Of a DNA stretch of 40,206 nucleotides, positions 23,532-33,987 are shown piece by piece (position 1 is the first letter of the stretch; every line of letters starts with the position of its first letter). The stretch covers positions 1-40,206 of the forward strand of contig JASVEC010000152.1 in assembly GCA_030770535.1 (NCBI GenBank), given 5' to 3'. Position numbers and translations under genes: made by a program. A model generated the notes under the pieces. It was not told where the DNA came from. It saw nothing but the letters and a program-made list of their open reading frames with translations, and ran no database searches. The DNA is from Batkoa obscura (taxonomy: Eukaryota).

Positions 23532-25968
23532 GGGGTTGTCTGAATTAGTTTCATTATTTTATCCAATTTTTGAAAAAATTTGTATTTTAAAAACTTCGCT
23601 TAAAATTCTATAAAATCACATCTTTTACTAAAACAAAAGTACCTAAACACAGTTCTAAATCATTCTATTATAGCTCATACTGTAAGTTAGTTGAATTTCT
23701 ACTAGATCTTAAATACATGTTCTTATAAAGCTTAATTAAGAAATATTTATTATCAACTGCTTTATAACCAACATTTTAGATTTATTATCAAATAAATAAA
23801 CTATTTTAATGTTATAATTACATTATTAATATATTGCCAAGTTAATAAATAGCTGCATAGGAGGGAGCGGTCAGCCCCAAAACTATAATTAACCATCCCT
23901 ATATAGTACAAGTAATAATAGTTTTTACATATTATTACAGTTACTTGTTCTTTGACTATTTATTAACTTAGCTATTAATAACTTAAGTAATCCTAACATT
24001 TAACAATCTATTTCTATCATTCAACAAAACACTTACTTGCTTAGTAAATATCGAAATTTTTAAATTCTCTGTTATCTTCGTAAGGTAAGCTGGGATCGAT
24101 CTTTTAATTTTTCTATTTTCTATAGACTCTATAACTTTAATTGGGACTATATCGCTTTTTTTTGATGTATCAGATACTGGATAACAATGTAGTTTATTGT
24201 TATGTTTAATAAAATGTAAATACTTCTTAATGCCCTGCATCTCTATTATTCTTTTTGTATTTTTGTTTCTTTTATACTTTTTAAAAATTATATCTGTTTT
24301 CCCATTATTAACAGTCGAGTTATTAATTTTATTATGCTCACAAATAAAAGCCTCAAATCTTGAAATTAATTGATCGATATCTTCTATTTTACCTAACGCT
24401 TCAAAACTACTTTTCCATTTTGAAAGGTTTCCAAAATGTCCATCAACTATACTTTTTCCATGATGCTCAGCAAAAAAATTAAGATTAACATTCAAACTGC
24501 TATTTATTTTATGAATTTCTTTAAACATATAGTGTAGAAACTCTTGGGATCTAAAATGATTTCCTGTATCTGCCCATATATTAATTTTTGTAAACTTTTT
24601 AAATAGAAGCTCTGTAGAGATTAAATCGATTAAACAATCTCCTGCATATACTGAATCATGATTCAATATTTCAGATAAATAATCAAAGTAAACTTTGCCT
24701 ATTGTTTTATCATCTTTTAAATATAATACACCAAAGCCTAATACTGATATAGCTTGTTTATTATAATGATCTAGATTTATTGAATCTGGTCTTGTTCCTA
24801 TTTCCATATTTTGTTTAAAATCTAAAACTATTATACAACTTTTGTTATTTAATTTTTTGATAGTTTCATTAAATGTGTTTTTTTGAGTATCAACACAGAA
24901 TTTATGTAATTTGTATAATTTTTCTTCTTCGTTGAAAATTTCTTGTATCTCTGCTTTGTTTTTTGCTGTATTTATTTTATTTTCAAATAACTTTTTTCTA
25001 ACTGTATACTGGGTACATATATTACATAGATCCGTTTTTCTTGCTGGATTTTTGAAATTACTTGGTATATATTTAAAGAACGTTGACCTAGCTACTGCTT
25101 TATCTCTTAGATCATTCAAATATTTACTATATATCATTCTTCTACTTTTATTTAATATATATATATTATCTGATGAATATTTACTATCGTTATTTTTTTT
25201 ATTAAATCTTGATGAAATAGTTGAATCATTTAGTAAATATTGTATGATAGTTTCAATTTGGTCATCTTTAATTTTTTTTGTATTTTTAATAATAGGTTTT
25301 AATGTTGATATTTTATTATTATACTTGTTTTTGAATAATCATATTGATTTCTATTTATATTAAACCCAAAACTCTTACATTCATCAAAAGAATATACTGA
25401 AGCTATAGTTGATAATAACGCTACTTGCTGATTTTTGTTTCCTTTTTCCCTTAAAGCACTAATTTTATACATTACTTGATTAAGTTTATTATTATCGATA
25501 GTAAACTTTGATAATATATCTTTTCTTTGTTTTGTTTTATTATAAAATTCCATAAACCTTGGGTTGTTATAAGTAGCTCTTAAGATTGATGTAAATGAAT
25601 TACAATGTTTATATTGTGTACTCCTCCCTATTGTATTGAAGTTTTCAAAAATTCCATTTCGAAGTTTAGTTATGAAAGTTGCATTTTATTTTTATTTCAA
25701 CAAAAAATAAAGTCAAATAAGTGTATTTATATAATTATATAATCATATAGTTATATATTATATATCTGTTAAATATCTAACAGAACTAACATAAAATATA
25801 TAGTTAGGAAAATTAGCTATTTAAGAAAAGGAAACAATTAAAATAAGTTTTAAATAGAGACATTTAATTTTAGGCTTTTTAGATTTAGCCGTTATATTGG
25901 ACACAAACTTGAAATTTTAAATTTGGATTAATTTCTAAGTAGATTCTGAAACCAATTAGGACAGCCCC
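23532..25968 (-). mobile_element. Full-length Sola-like cut-and-paste DNA transposon (2437 bp)
   Basis: 22-bp imperfect TIRs (GGGGTTGTCTGAATTAGTTTCA vs GGGGCTGTCCTAATTGGTTTCA, 18/22 identical), ATAT TSD at 23528-31 and 25969-72, internal transposase gene, and a host pseudogene continuous across the insertion. Confidence 0.9.
23983..25685 (-). CDS. DDD-type transposase, Sola-like; frameshift near 25330, 5' end uncertain
   Basis: KTDLCNIC..LH Cys/His motif and putative triad IIVLDFKQN / IWADTGNHFRS / FFAEHHGKSIVDGHFG. The 384-aa ORF is open upstream to ~25330, where a 1-nt shift joins the 25299-25553 ORF, itself open to ~25685. Confidence 0.82.
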
Positions 25969-26494
25969 ATATATGAATATTCTTAGTGACATATAATCAT
26001 TAGACTTATTCAATAGGCACTCGAGTCAACTCGATATATCTGAATATTACGTATATAATATATCAATCAAAGGTTTGATTAAGTATTTAAACCCAAAAGA
26101 ATTAAAATCACCTGTGATAGGCACATGTAACATCATAAATCTTAATGTATTAACTATGATTAAAACAGGATTTAGTAAGTTAAAGAGACTAAAGTTGATC
26201 GTTGATGGACTTATTAAAGCTTCTAGTGAAATCAATTTGAACGCAAATTTCAATTCCAACTTAGAATTAGAAATTATTAATGCTATGCTTGAGTTTGATA
26301 TAAAATATTTTTGAGACTTAAAGAAATTAAAGAGTATTAAATTAGTAAATAGTACTGATTTTGAAATCAATACCAATAATTTTAATAATATAGAATTAAC
26401 TAAAAATAGTAATATTATAGCTTTATGTTATTTTGATTCAAAGGGTAGAATAGATTATACTTTTTCAAACCTATCAAGTTTAAAAGAGGCATAT

Positions 26495-26588
26495 GGGGAT
26501 GTATTTTTTTAAGAATTTTGCTGATAATCTTTCCACTCAAATAGTGCTTAAAAATAGAAAAAGTAATGAAGACAAAAAAAATATCCCC
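26495..26588. mobile_element. ~97-bp MITE, TSD ATAT
   Basis: GGGGATG...ATATCCCC flanked by ATAT/ATAT, inside paralogue 5. Confidence 0.92.
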
Positions 26589-27426
26589 ATATTATTGAGT
26601 ATTTATTAAAAGAATTGCTAGCTAAAATTTCACAATTATCAAACATTCAAACCATCCACTTTTCTAATTTGAATCAGTACACTATACTATTTAATAACTC
26701 TGGGTTTAATAAAATGGACTTTTATAATGAATATAATTCAATTAAATATCAATTTATTAATCAAATTCAAATTTCTAACTCATATTTTATTACAATCCAA
26801 GAATTTCTACTTTCTATCTCTTTTCCCAAACTTTAAAATAATCAAAGCTACAGATTTCATGTTAAAAAACAATATATAAATGTTGATTATAATCATATTA
26901 GGACTACTCCTTTATTACTTATTATGCCTTCTAAAGATGATGATGATGATAATGATGTCTTTGATAGACTAATAGAATACATCATGCTGTTATATTGGAT
27001 GAAATTATAATAAGTTAATTATATATTTTATTTGAGCCTTTATCCTAATTAATTGTGAGCTTTGAAATTAACAATTAGGTTACAATTCTATTTATATGTT
27101 TATGATATCAAATATTATCCATAAGTAATTTATCTATATTTTTCAATTTTAGTTTTAATTATTGATTTTGTACTTTCTGACACGTAAAGTTTGATTTTGA
27201 ATGCTACACAAAAATATTATCAGAAAAATTACTTAATTACGTTCTTATACAACACTAAATTAGCTTAATATTTAAGATATGAGAGATGAGAAGATGTTAT
27301 GGTCCACCTATAAGCCACCTGAATCATATTCAAGTAATGTGTGAACCACCTAACTTGCTCACAAGGCAGCTCATCCTTTATGATTTACAACTGATAAATT
27401 GATTTAACATAGTGAACTTATTAAAT

Positions 27427-27522
27427 GGGGTTGTTTTTTTTGGTTCCATGAGTTTTTCCATTTAAGCGCTATTTTAGCGGAAAGATTATTAGTAAAATTC
27501 TTAAACAAAAAGACACATCCCC
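27427..27522. mobile_element. ~97-bp MITE, TSD AAAT
   Basis: GGGGTTG...ACATCCCC flanked by AAAT/AAAT; this non-alternating flank fixes the TSD length at 4 bp. Confidence 0.93.
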
Positions 27523-27962
27523 AAATGGTCATTACGATTTTTCGTACAATGCCCAGGAATCAAATCCGAAGCAAACTTCTTGAGATGCAATGATTTAACA
27601 ACTCTACTACTATTGCTTTGTTATATTAGAAAAAGTTTGAAATATAAAGTCAAATATTGGCTCATGTTTAAAATACTTGTTAATGTGTATTTTATTTTTT
27701 GATTTGAGTATTATAGATTTGGTTCAAAGTGACCAAGACTTTTTAACTTGTAACTTTTTTTATTTAAACTGAGCCCATAAAGCCATTTTTTTTCAAAAAT
27801 ATAAAGTTATTTATAAACTCATCTATTGACAGTAGAATTATAAACAATAAGGAAGTTGTTCTCTATAGTAAGAATCATTGTTTTTATGTTAATTTAAAAT
27901 TTTTATACAATAATGAAAACAAAAAATATAGAAAACCAAAAAATGACAGAAATCAAACATAT

Positions 27963-28060
27963 GTGGATGTATTTTTGTGTTTAAGAACTCTACTAACAAA
28001 TTTTCCGCTTAAATAGCGCTTAAAAAAGGAAAAAGTAATGAAGTCAAAAAAAACACTCCC
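27963..28060. mobile_element. ~97-bp MITE, TSD ATAT/ATAC
   Basis: GTGGATG...ACACTCCC; near-identical reverse complement of 22862-22960. Confidence 0.92.
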
Positions 28061-29022
28061 ATACAATAAATAATAGTCCAAACTTAAGTTTATCTTAAAT
28101 TTATTAACCAAAGACACTATATTTACCTACCTACCTCTCTTTAACAAACTTAGATATACCTAACCTTTACCATGTACTATGTTGTCATAAAGCTCTACCT
28201 TCTTTTATTGCTCTTCCTCATGCTAAGATATTCTTCAACCTAAGAATCACTATCTCCCTTTATCTTCTTATCCCTTGATTATAAAAGTAACCCATGACGA
28301 ATTGATCATCTAACTTAAAGTTTCCTTTTTTTATTTAGCAAATAAAATGCAAACTTATAATATCAAAACTTCTCTTGGACCATCCAATCTCGCTTTATTT
28401 TATAGACTATTACTTTTTAAATTGAATAGTCTTCTTCTATGGTTTATTGTATTTAAGAAATAAAAATTATTTATATTTAAATAAAAGGAAATTTCGATTT
28501 AAGTAAATTTTATTGATGTCATATTATTACATAAATTTAATAATACTAACTATTTAAGCCCCAATTATATATTATATATTATCTCTATTTATTTAGTTAC
28601 GATGCTAACTTAATTTAATATTATACTTGACTAAAATAAAATATCATAAAAATACAGTTTTTACCTCTGATCTATCGTACAAACAATTATCTAAGCCATC
28701 TATTTATCTATAAATAATTGAATATTCTTACTCTATGTAACCTAGGTTTACTACATTGTAAAATGTAATGTTTTGCTTATAACTTTATTGTAAAAATGAC
28801 TTGTAAATAAATAGTAATAGCTTATAGTTAAATGCTAATGTCAAATATATGGAACGATCATGAATATTAAATAAAACACTTACTTTCAGGAGAGAACTAA
28901 GAAACATTAGTAGAATATAAGGACATATAGGTACAATCTTTAATTTAAAGTAAAATGAAAGTGCACTTATCTTTAAAAGTATTAGAATTTATTAATTTTT
29001 AGTATACAGTTACCAATCCAAT

Positions 29023-30183
29023 TTAGAACTTTAATTCTTTTGGTTGTTCCCAAGTAAATTCTTCACGACCGAAATGACCATAGCATGCTGTTTTACGGTA
29101 AATTGGTTTAAATAAGTTAAGATCTTGGACAATCTTTCCTGGACGGAGATCAAAATTTTCTTTAACAATTTTCAAAAGCTCTTCGTTTGATTTAGCACCA
29201 GTGCCATAAGTATCTACAAAAATGGAGAGAGGTTCTGGTACACCAATGGCATATGATAATTGTACTAAACAACGTTTAGCAAGTTTAGCATTTACAAGGG
29301 ATTTGGCGATCCAACGTCCAGTGTAAGCAGCTGAACGATCGACTTTGGACCAATCTTTACCACTGAAAGCACCTCCACCATGAGCACCCCAACCACCATA
29401 AGTATCAACGATAATCTTACGTCCAGTAACACCAGCATCACCTTGTGGTCCACCAATAACGAAACGACCAGAAGGATTAAGATGGTAAACAGTCTTGTCA
29501 TCAAGGTATTCAGCTGGGATAACAGCATCAATGACCTTTTCTTTAAGTTCTTTACGAATGGTTTCATTATCAACATCAGCGCTGTGTTGAGTAGAGATGA
29601 CAACGGTATCAACACGGAGAGCTTTAAGGTGGCCGTTTTGGTTTTCATATTCAACAGTAACTTGAGATTTAGAATCTGGACGTAACCAAGATAAAGTACC
29701 ATCACGACGAAGTTCACTCATCTTTGAGTTAAGTTTATGGGCCAAGATAATGGTAAGTGGCATAAGTTCAGGGGTTTCATCGGAAGCATAACCAAACATA
29801 ATACCTTGATCACCAGCACCAATATCTTCAATGTTTTCTGAGACTTGAACTAAACCGTCAGCAATTTCAGGACTTTGTTGTTCAATAGCAACTAATACAT
29901 TGCAAGTTTTGTAATCGAAACCTTTTTCACTATCGTCATAACCGATATCCTTAATAGCTTCACGGATGACTTTTTGGTAATCAATTTGAGCACGAGTAGT
30001 AATTTCACCAAATACCATAATCATACCAGTTTTGGCAGCAGTTTCACAAGCTACTTTACTGTAAGGATCTTGGGCCAAACAAGCATCAAGGATAGCATCA
30101 CTGACTTGATCACAAATTTTATCTGGGTGACCTTCACCTACGGATTCTGAAGTAAATAAAAAGCGTTCAGCGTTGTTAGTCAT
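29023..30183 (-). CDS. SAM2: S-adenosylmethionine synthetase (methionine adenosyltransferase), intronless
   Basis: [32 protein letters not shown] and GGGAFSGKD signatures; complete 386 aa. SAM1 versus SAM2 naming is arbitrary here. Confidence 0.99.
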   Translation of the reverse strand: MTNNAERFLFTSESVGEGHPDKICDQVSDAILDACLAQDPYSKVACETAAKTGMIMVFGEITTRAQIDYQKVIREAIKDIGYDDSEKGFDYKTCNVLVAIEQQSPEIADGLVQVSENIEDIGAGDQGIMFGYASDETPELMPLTIILAHKLNSKMSELRRDGTLSWLRPDSKSQVTVEYENQNGHLKALRVDTVVISTQHSADVDNETIRKELKEKVIDAVIPAEYLDDKTVYHLNPSGRFVIGGPQGDAGVTGRKIIVDTYGGWGAHGGGAFSGKDWSKVDRSAAYTGRWIAKSLVNAKLAKRCLVQLSYAIGVPEPLSIFVDTYGTGAKSNEELLKIVKENFDLRPGKIVQDLNLFKPIYRKTACYGHFGREEFTWEQPKELKF

Positions 30184-31736
30184 CTTTTAGAAATATAATT
30201 TTTTTAATTAAAAAAAAGAAACAAATAAAAATAATAAATAGTTTAAATAAACTGAATTAATAAAAACTGTCATTCTATTTTACCACCCTTTTATATTACT
30301 TTGATTCATATAATTGCACATTCCATCATTCTATTTTTTTGTATCCCTTTGGTCCCCGTATTGTTTAATTGCTAACTTAGATTACACCATTTTGATTGTT
30401 AATCACACCATCGTTTAGAGAATTAACGGATTACAAATATGGTTAATAGCCTATAATATCGAGTTAAAAATAAGTAATTAAAATAAATTAAAAGGTACAA
30501 TTCATACAAAAAGTTAGAAATTTAGAAAATTACGGAATATGATTGGTTTAATTTAAAATTGAGAATTGTAGAATGGAAGATAACGAATAATTCAAATTAA
30601 AAAAATAATTTCCAAAATCTTTTTCAAAACTTTGAGAATAATAATTGGTTGAAAATAATAGCCAATGAAATTTACTTTCTGTGCAACCTTTCCCCAACTC
30701 TTGATTTAAGTGGTAGATACTAGAATGTGTTTTCATTGACTATTGGCTTTTATTTTCCCTTTATTTTGTCATTTGATTTATTTTTTGCTAATTTTCAAGG
30801 ATGGTTAGCAGTTTGACATATTTTATTCTTCAAGTTTTTTTGCCACCTTTGTTAATTCCTCGAAAAGTTGTTATAGTTGAATGGAAATTCTTCAACTATA
30901 TGAGATTTCTATATTGTAAAAGAAACTTGATATATTAATAAATGGTGAATGTTTATGCTAATCAGATTTTAAAGTGTTAATTATTAATTGTGTTTATTGC
31001 TATTAGTAATTAAATGTACAGAATATTATAAGCCAATTGAGCTATAGGTTTATCTGCTAATCTTTTAGAAATGACATACTTCTTGATAAAAACATAACCT
31101 AAAGTTTATTTACAGATTTTGTTAGTGAATTTTTTTATAGTTTGATAAGAGTATAACTGTTATAATTTTTTACCTTTTTGAGTATTTTTTTATTTCATTC
31201 TTTTTCATTCTTTTTCATCATTAATTTTTAATATACTCATTTATTAAATTTAGAATTTATTATCGAATCATCATTATAATATTCTATCAATAATGTTAAG
31301 TTTTATTTAAATTAAGCTATATACTAATTATAGTACACTATTATTACTTATACAATCAAGTGTTATTCGATTTTCAAATAGTTGTAATTGTATTAAACTT
31401 TTTAGTATTTAATCTAGATTTTAATCGACTTGATTTAATTTTTAAGCTCAAATTGACAAGTGACATCTGAGGTTAATATCTCGTTTTAAGATAAACTAGG
31501 TTACTATCAAATAGAACACCATAACATTAAATAAAATACCTAAATAAAGACACTATTGAATAGACTAATATAAGGTATACTATTGAAACAATATAGTTAA
31601 ATATAATATAAAAATATTTCAAAATGTTTGATTATTAAAAAACAAATATACCAATCCTCCACAGAAACTAAATTTAAATAAAATTTTATTTACTATATAA
31701 TTGTTAGTTTACAATCCATTAGACTAAATCTCCTCT

Positions 31737-32219
31737 CTAAACGACTACTGGAGTAGTAGTGACTACTGGGGTAGCAACATTATAGAATCCTAACCAATAT
31801 GATCTGGTGGCGAAAGGAGTAATAAAGAGACCTAATAAAGCCAAAGAGATCAAAATCCATAAACCAAAGGTAAATGAATTATGACCAGTAAAGTGGAAAA
31901 TAGTCATAAAGAAAAGAGCAAACATAATGATAAGACTAAATACATCACCACTTGTTCTATTACCTTGAGCAAAGATATTGAAAATAACACCAATACTTAA
32001 TAACAAGAAACCATCAAGTAAAGTACGTTCGGCGGCTACGGAAGCACGGTAATTGTTTCTTTCAATGATGACAGGGTTTGCTGTGTTTGACTCAGCAGCG
32101 GCTTCTTCATGCTTTGTACTATTGAACTGGAAAAATCTTAATGCGAAGGAGGTGAACAACCATAGTAAAAATACTACAAATACAGCACTGGTTTGGATAA
32201 TATATTCAGGTTGAAACAT
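31737..32219 (-). CDS. Small integral membrane protein (about 4 TM helices), function unknown
   Basis: 160-aa intact ORF, GC higher than its flanks, four hydrophobic stretches, and a T/P/V-rich tail. Confidence 0.75.
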   Translation of the reverse strand: MFQPEYIIQTSAVFVVFLLWLFTSFALRFFQFNSTKHEEAAAESNTANPVIIERNNYRASVAAERTLLDGFLLLSIGVIFNIFAQGNRTSGDVFSLIIMFALFFMTIFHFTGHNSFTFGLWILISLALLGLFITPFATRSYWLGFYNVATPVVTTTPVVV

Positions 32220-33700
32220 TTTGATGAGTTTATCTACTTTTTAGATTATAATAAATATTTGAATTAATAATTCTTTAAGATAATTTTTTAGTGCCTTATA
32301 TACCTTTTAAATTTTTGAATTTTTATGACTTTTTAGCATGATCGAAAGTTTAGCTAGGTTTCAAATAAGCTGAGATTCGTTAATAAGCTGCATATTAATT
32401 TTTTTAAAGGATTATCGATTTAAGTTAATCCACACAGCCATTAATAAGGACTTATTTTTATTTTCTAACATATTTATATATATCCGATAACTTCAAATGG
32501 TTGATATTCAATTGATAACTAATAGTATAATAAGGTTATTTTTAGTTTATTTCTTTTGTATATAATAAAATAGCCTAATGATAATATGATAATAGTTAAT
32601 CATAATTGATATTTTATTTTTGTACTTTATAATATTGTTTTTAATAGCGTCATAATGATCCTAAAACTTTTTTTGTTTTATATGAAAAAAAGAAGACTTA
32701 TTGACTATAATGCCACTTACACTTTATCCTCTAAAAAAAGACATGAGATTTCTTTAATTGAGTGAAATAATAATATTATTAAAATAACGTAATGGATTAT
32801 CGTTTTTATTAAAATAATATCAGGGTTTACTAAAAAATTCTTATTAATGTTAATAACTCAGCATGAGACGGCTGTTCTGGTTTTGCAATATTGTTTTTTA
32901 CAGGAACTTGCCAATGCTATTACAGTTTGACCACATTTTTTTACAAGTAAAAAATAGGCATTTTGCTTTAATTTTATATTATAGTTTTAAACTATTCTAA
33001 TTACTAGTAGTAGGCATGACCTCATTTTTTAAATGAAAATTAAACACTTTTTTGAAATAAAAATGAACACCTAAACAATGGTGTGTTCGGTAATAATGAT
33101 TGTATTCTATTTAAAATTAGACTATTTTACTTTGCCATTTATGACTCAATAAACTTAAATTTGGATAAGTTGGGGAAATAGAGAGCCAAAAAAATAGATA
33201 TCAAAGTTACAATCTATTATTGCAATTACTCTCATACTTGGAGTAAATATTCCAGAGAAAATTTAAATTTATGCTTTAATATTTTTCATTTTTTTTGTTA
33301 TGGTTTTCTTTTGAAAAGAATTTGTTTTTCAGTAATTCACCTTTTTCTATTTAAATTTTAATCCTTGCAAAATAAACTTGCCCAGTTTTGAAAATAGACT
33401 GTTTGGCTCTTGTTTTAATTAACAACAGATGAACAAAAGGATAGTTGAATAGTAGACGATAGAGACTAAATAAATAAAATAACATGGTCCTTTTAGTTCA
33501 TGTTTTTAAATTAAAGTTTAAACCACTTTTTTTATAAGTGAATTCATTTCTTTGAAAGCGTTAAAAAATTAGCTTTTCATAAAAATCACCTTGTTTCATG
33601 TAAAATCAGTAATTCATTTTTAACCAAGGCATAAACTCCTCTCAATCTTTAAAATGCAGTAAAATTAAAAGTTGAAAATTCATCTTTATTTTCATATAAA

Positions 33701-33826
33701 GTAGATTAAGCTTGCGAACCAGCATGAGGACGCGAATATTCGCCCAATTGCTAAAAAAAATTCTCAATCGCTAGTAATTGGGGAAATAGCTTGTATCTTC
33801 GCGCTGGTTCACAGCTTTATATCTAC
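33701..33826. repeat. 126-bp imperfect inverted repeat (foldback)
   Basis: The left arm GTAGATTAAGCTTGCGAACCAGCATGAGGACGCGAATATTCGCCCAATTGCTA pairs with TAGTAATTGGGGAAATAGCTTGTATCTTCGCGCTGGTTCACAGCTTTATATCTAC around an ~18-nt loop. Confidence 0.85.
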
Positions 33827-33987
33827 AATAGTAATAATCAACCTATTTTTAATTAGTAACTTTTGATAAATTTTACTCAATTGAGTTTTTTAAATACTAA
33901 AGTATCATGGATATTATATTTCATCTTAGTAAATATAATAACAATCTTAATTCCTCTATTTATATATTTTATTAACATAAAACTCTA

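Larger units (their letters stand above)
23151..27010 (+). pseudogene. F-box/LRR paralogue 5, split by the Sola-like transposon and a MITE
   Basis: LESLSDILSKDMLKLLHPE...KMAKLKK lies before 23532 and resumes after 25972 (LDLFNRHSSQLDI...KYLNPKELK...FNSNLELEIIN...SQLSNIQTIHFSNL...LYWMKL*). The start reads ATT where paralogue 3 has ATG. Confidence 0.87.

Noticed and set aside
24911..25363. 150-aa hydrophobic ORF antisense to the transposase
   Set aside because: It is the expected shadow of Lys/Asn-rich coding sequence on the other strand (Phe/Leu/Ile-rich) and has a non-ATG start.
27290..27620. GC-richer stretch around the 27427 MITE as a gene remnant
   Set aside because: After removing the MITE, the frames I translated had stops and no recognisable motif.
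8780..28060. CRISPR-like array interpretation of the ~97-bp repeats
   Set aside because: The copies are dispersed, irregularly spaced, in both orientations and flanked by TSDs, which is MITE behaviour.
28110..28400. Pyrimidine-skewed tract as a retroelement fragment
   Set aside because: There is no ORF, terminal structure or second copy in the window to support it.
29292..29717. Two ORFs overlapping SAM synthetase
   Set aside because: These are alternative-frame and antisense shadows of a strongly codon-biased gene with no recognisable motifs.
30548..30736. 62-aa ORF upstream of SAM synthetase as a regulatory uORF
   Set aside because: It ends ~365 bp before the ATG, probably upstream of the transcription start, and a CCAAT box (~30542) lies between it and the gene. 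An ORF this short could arise by chance.
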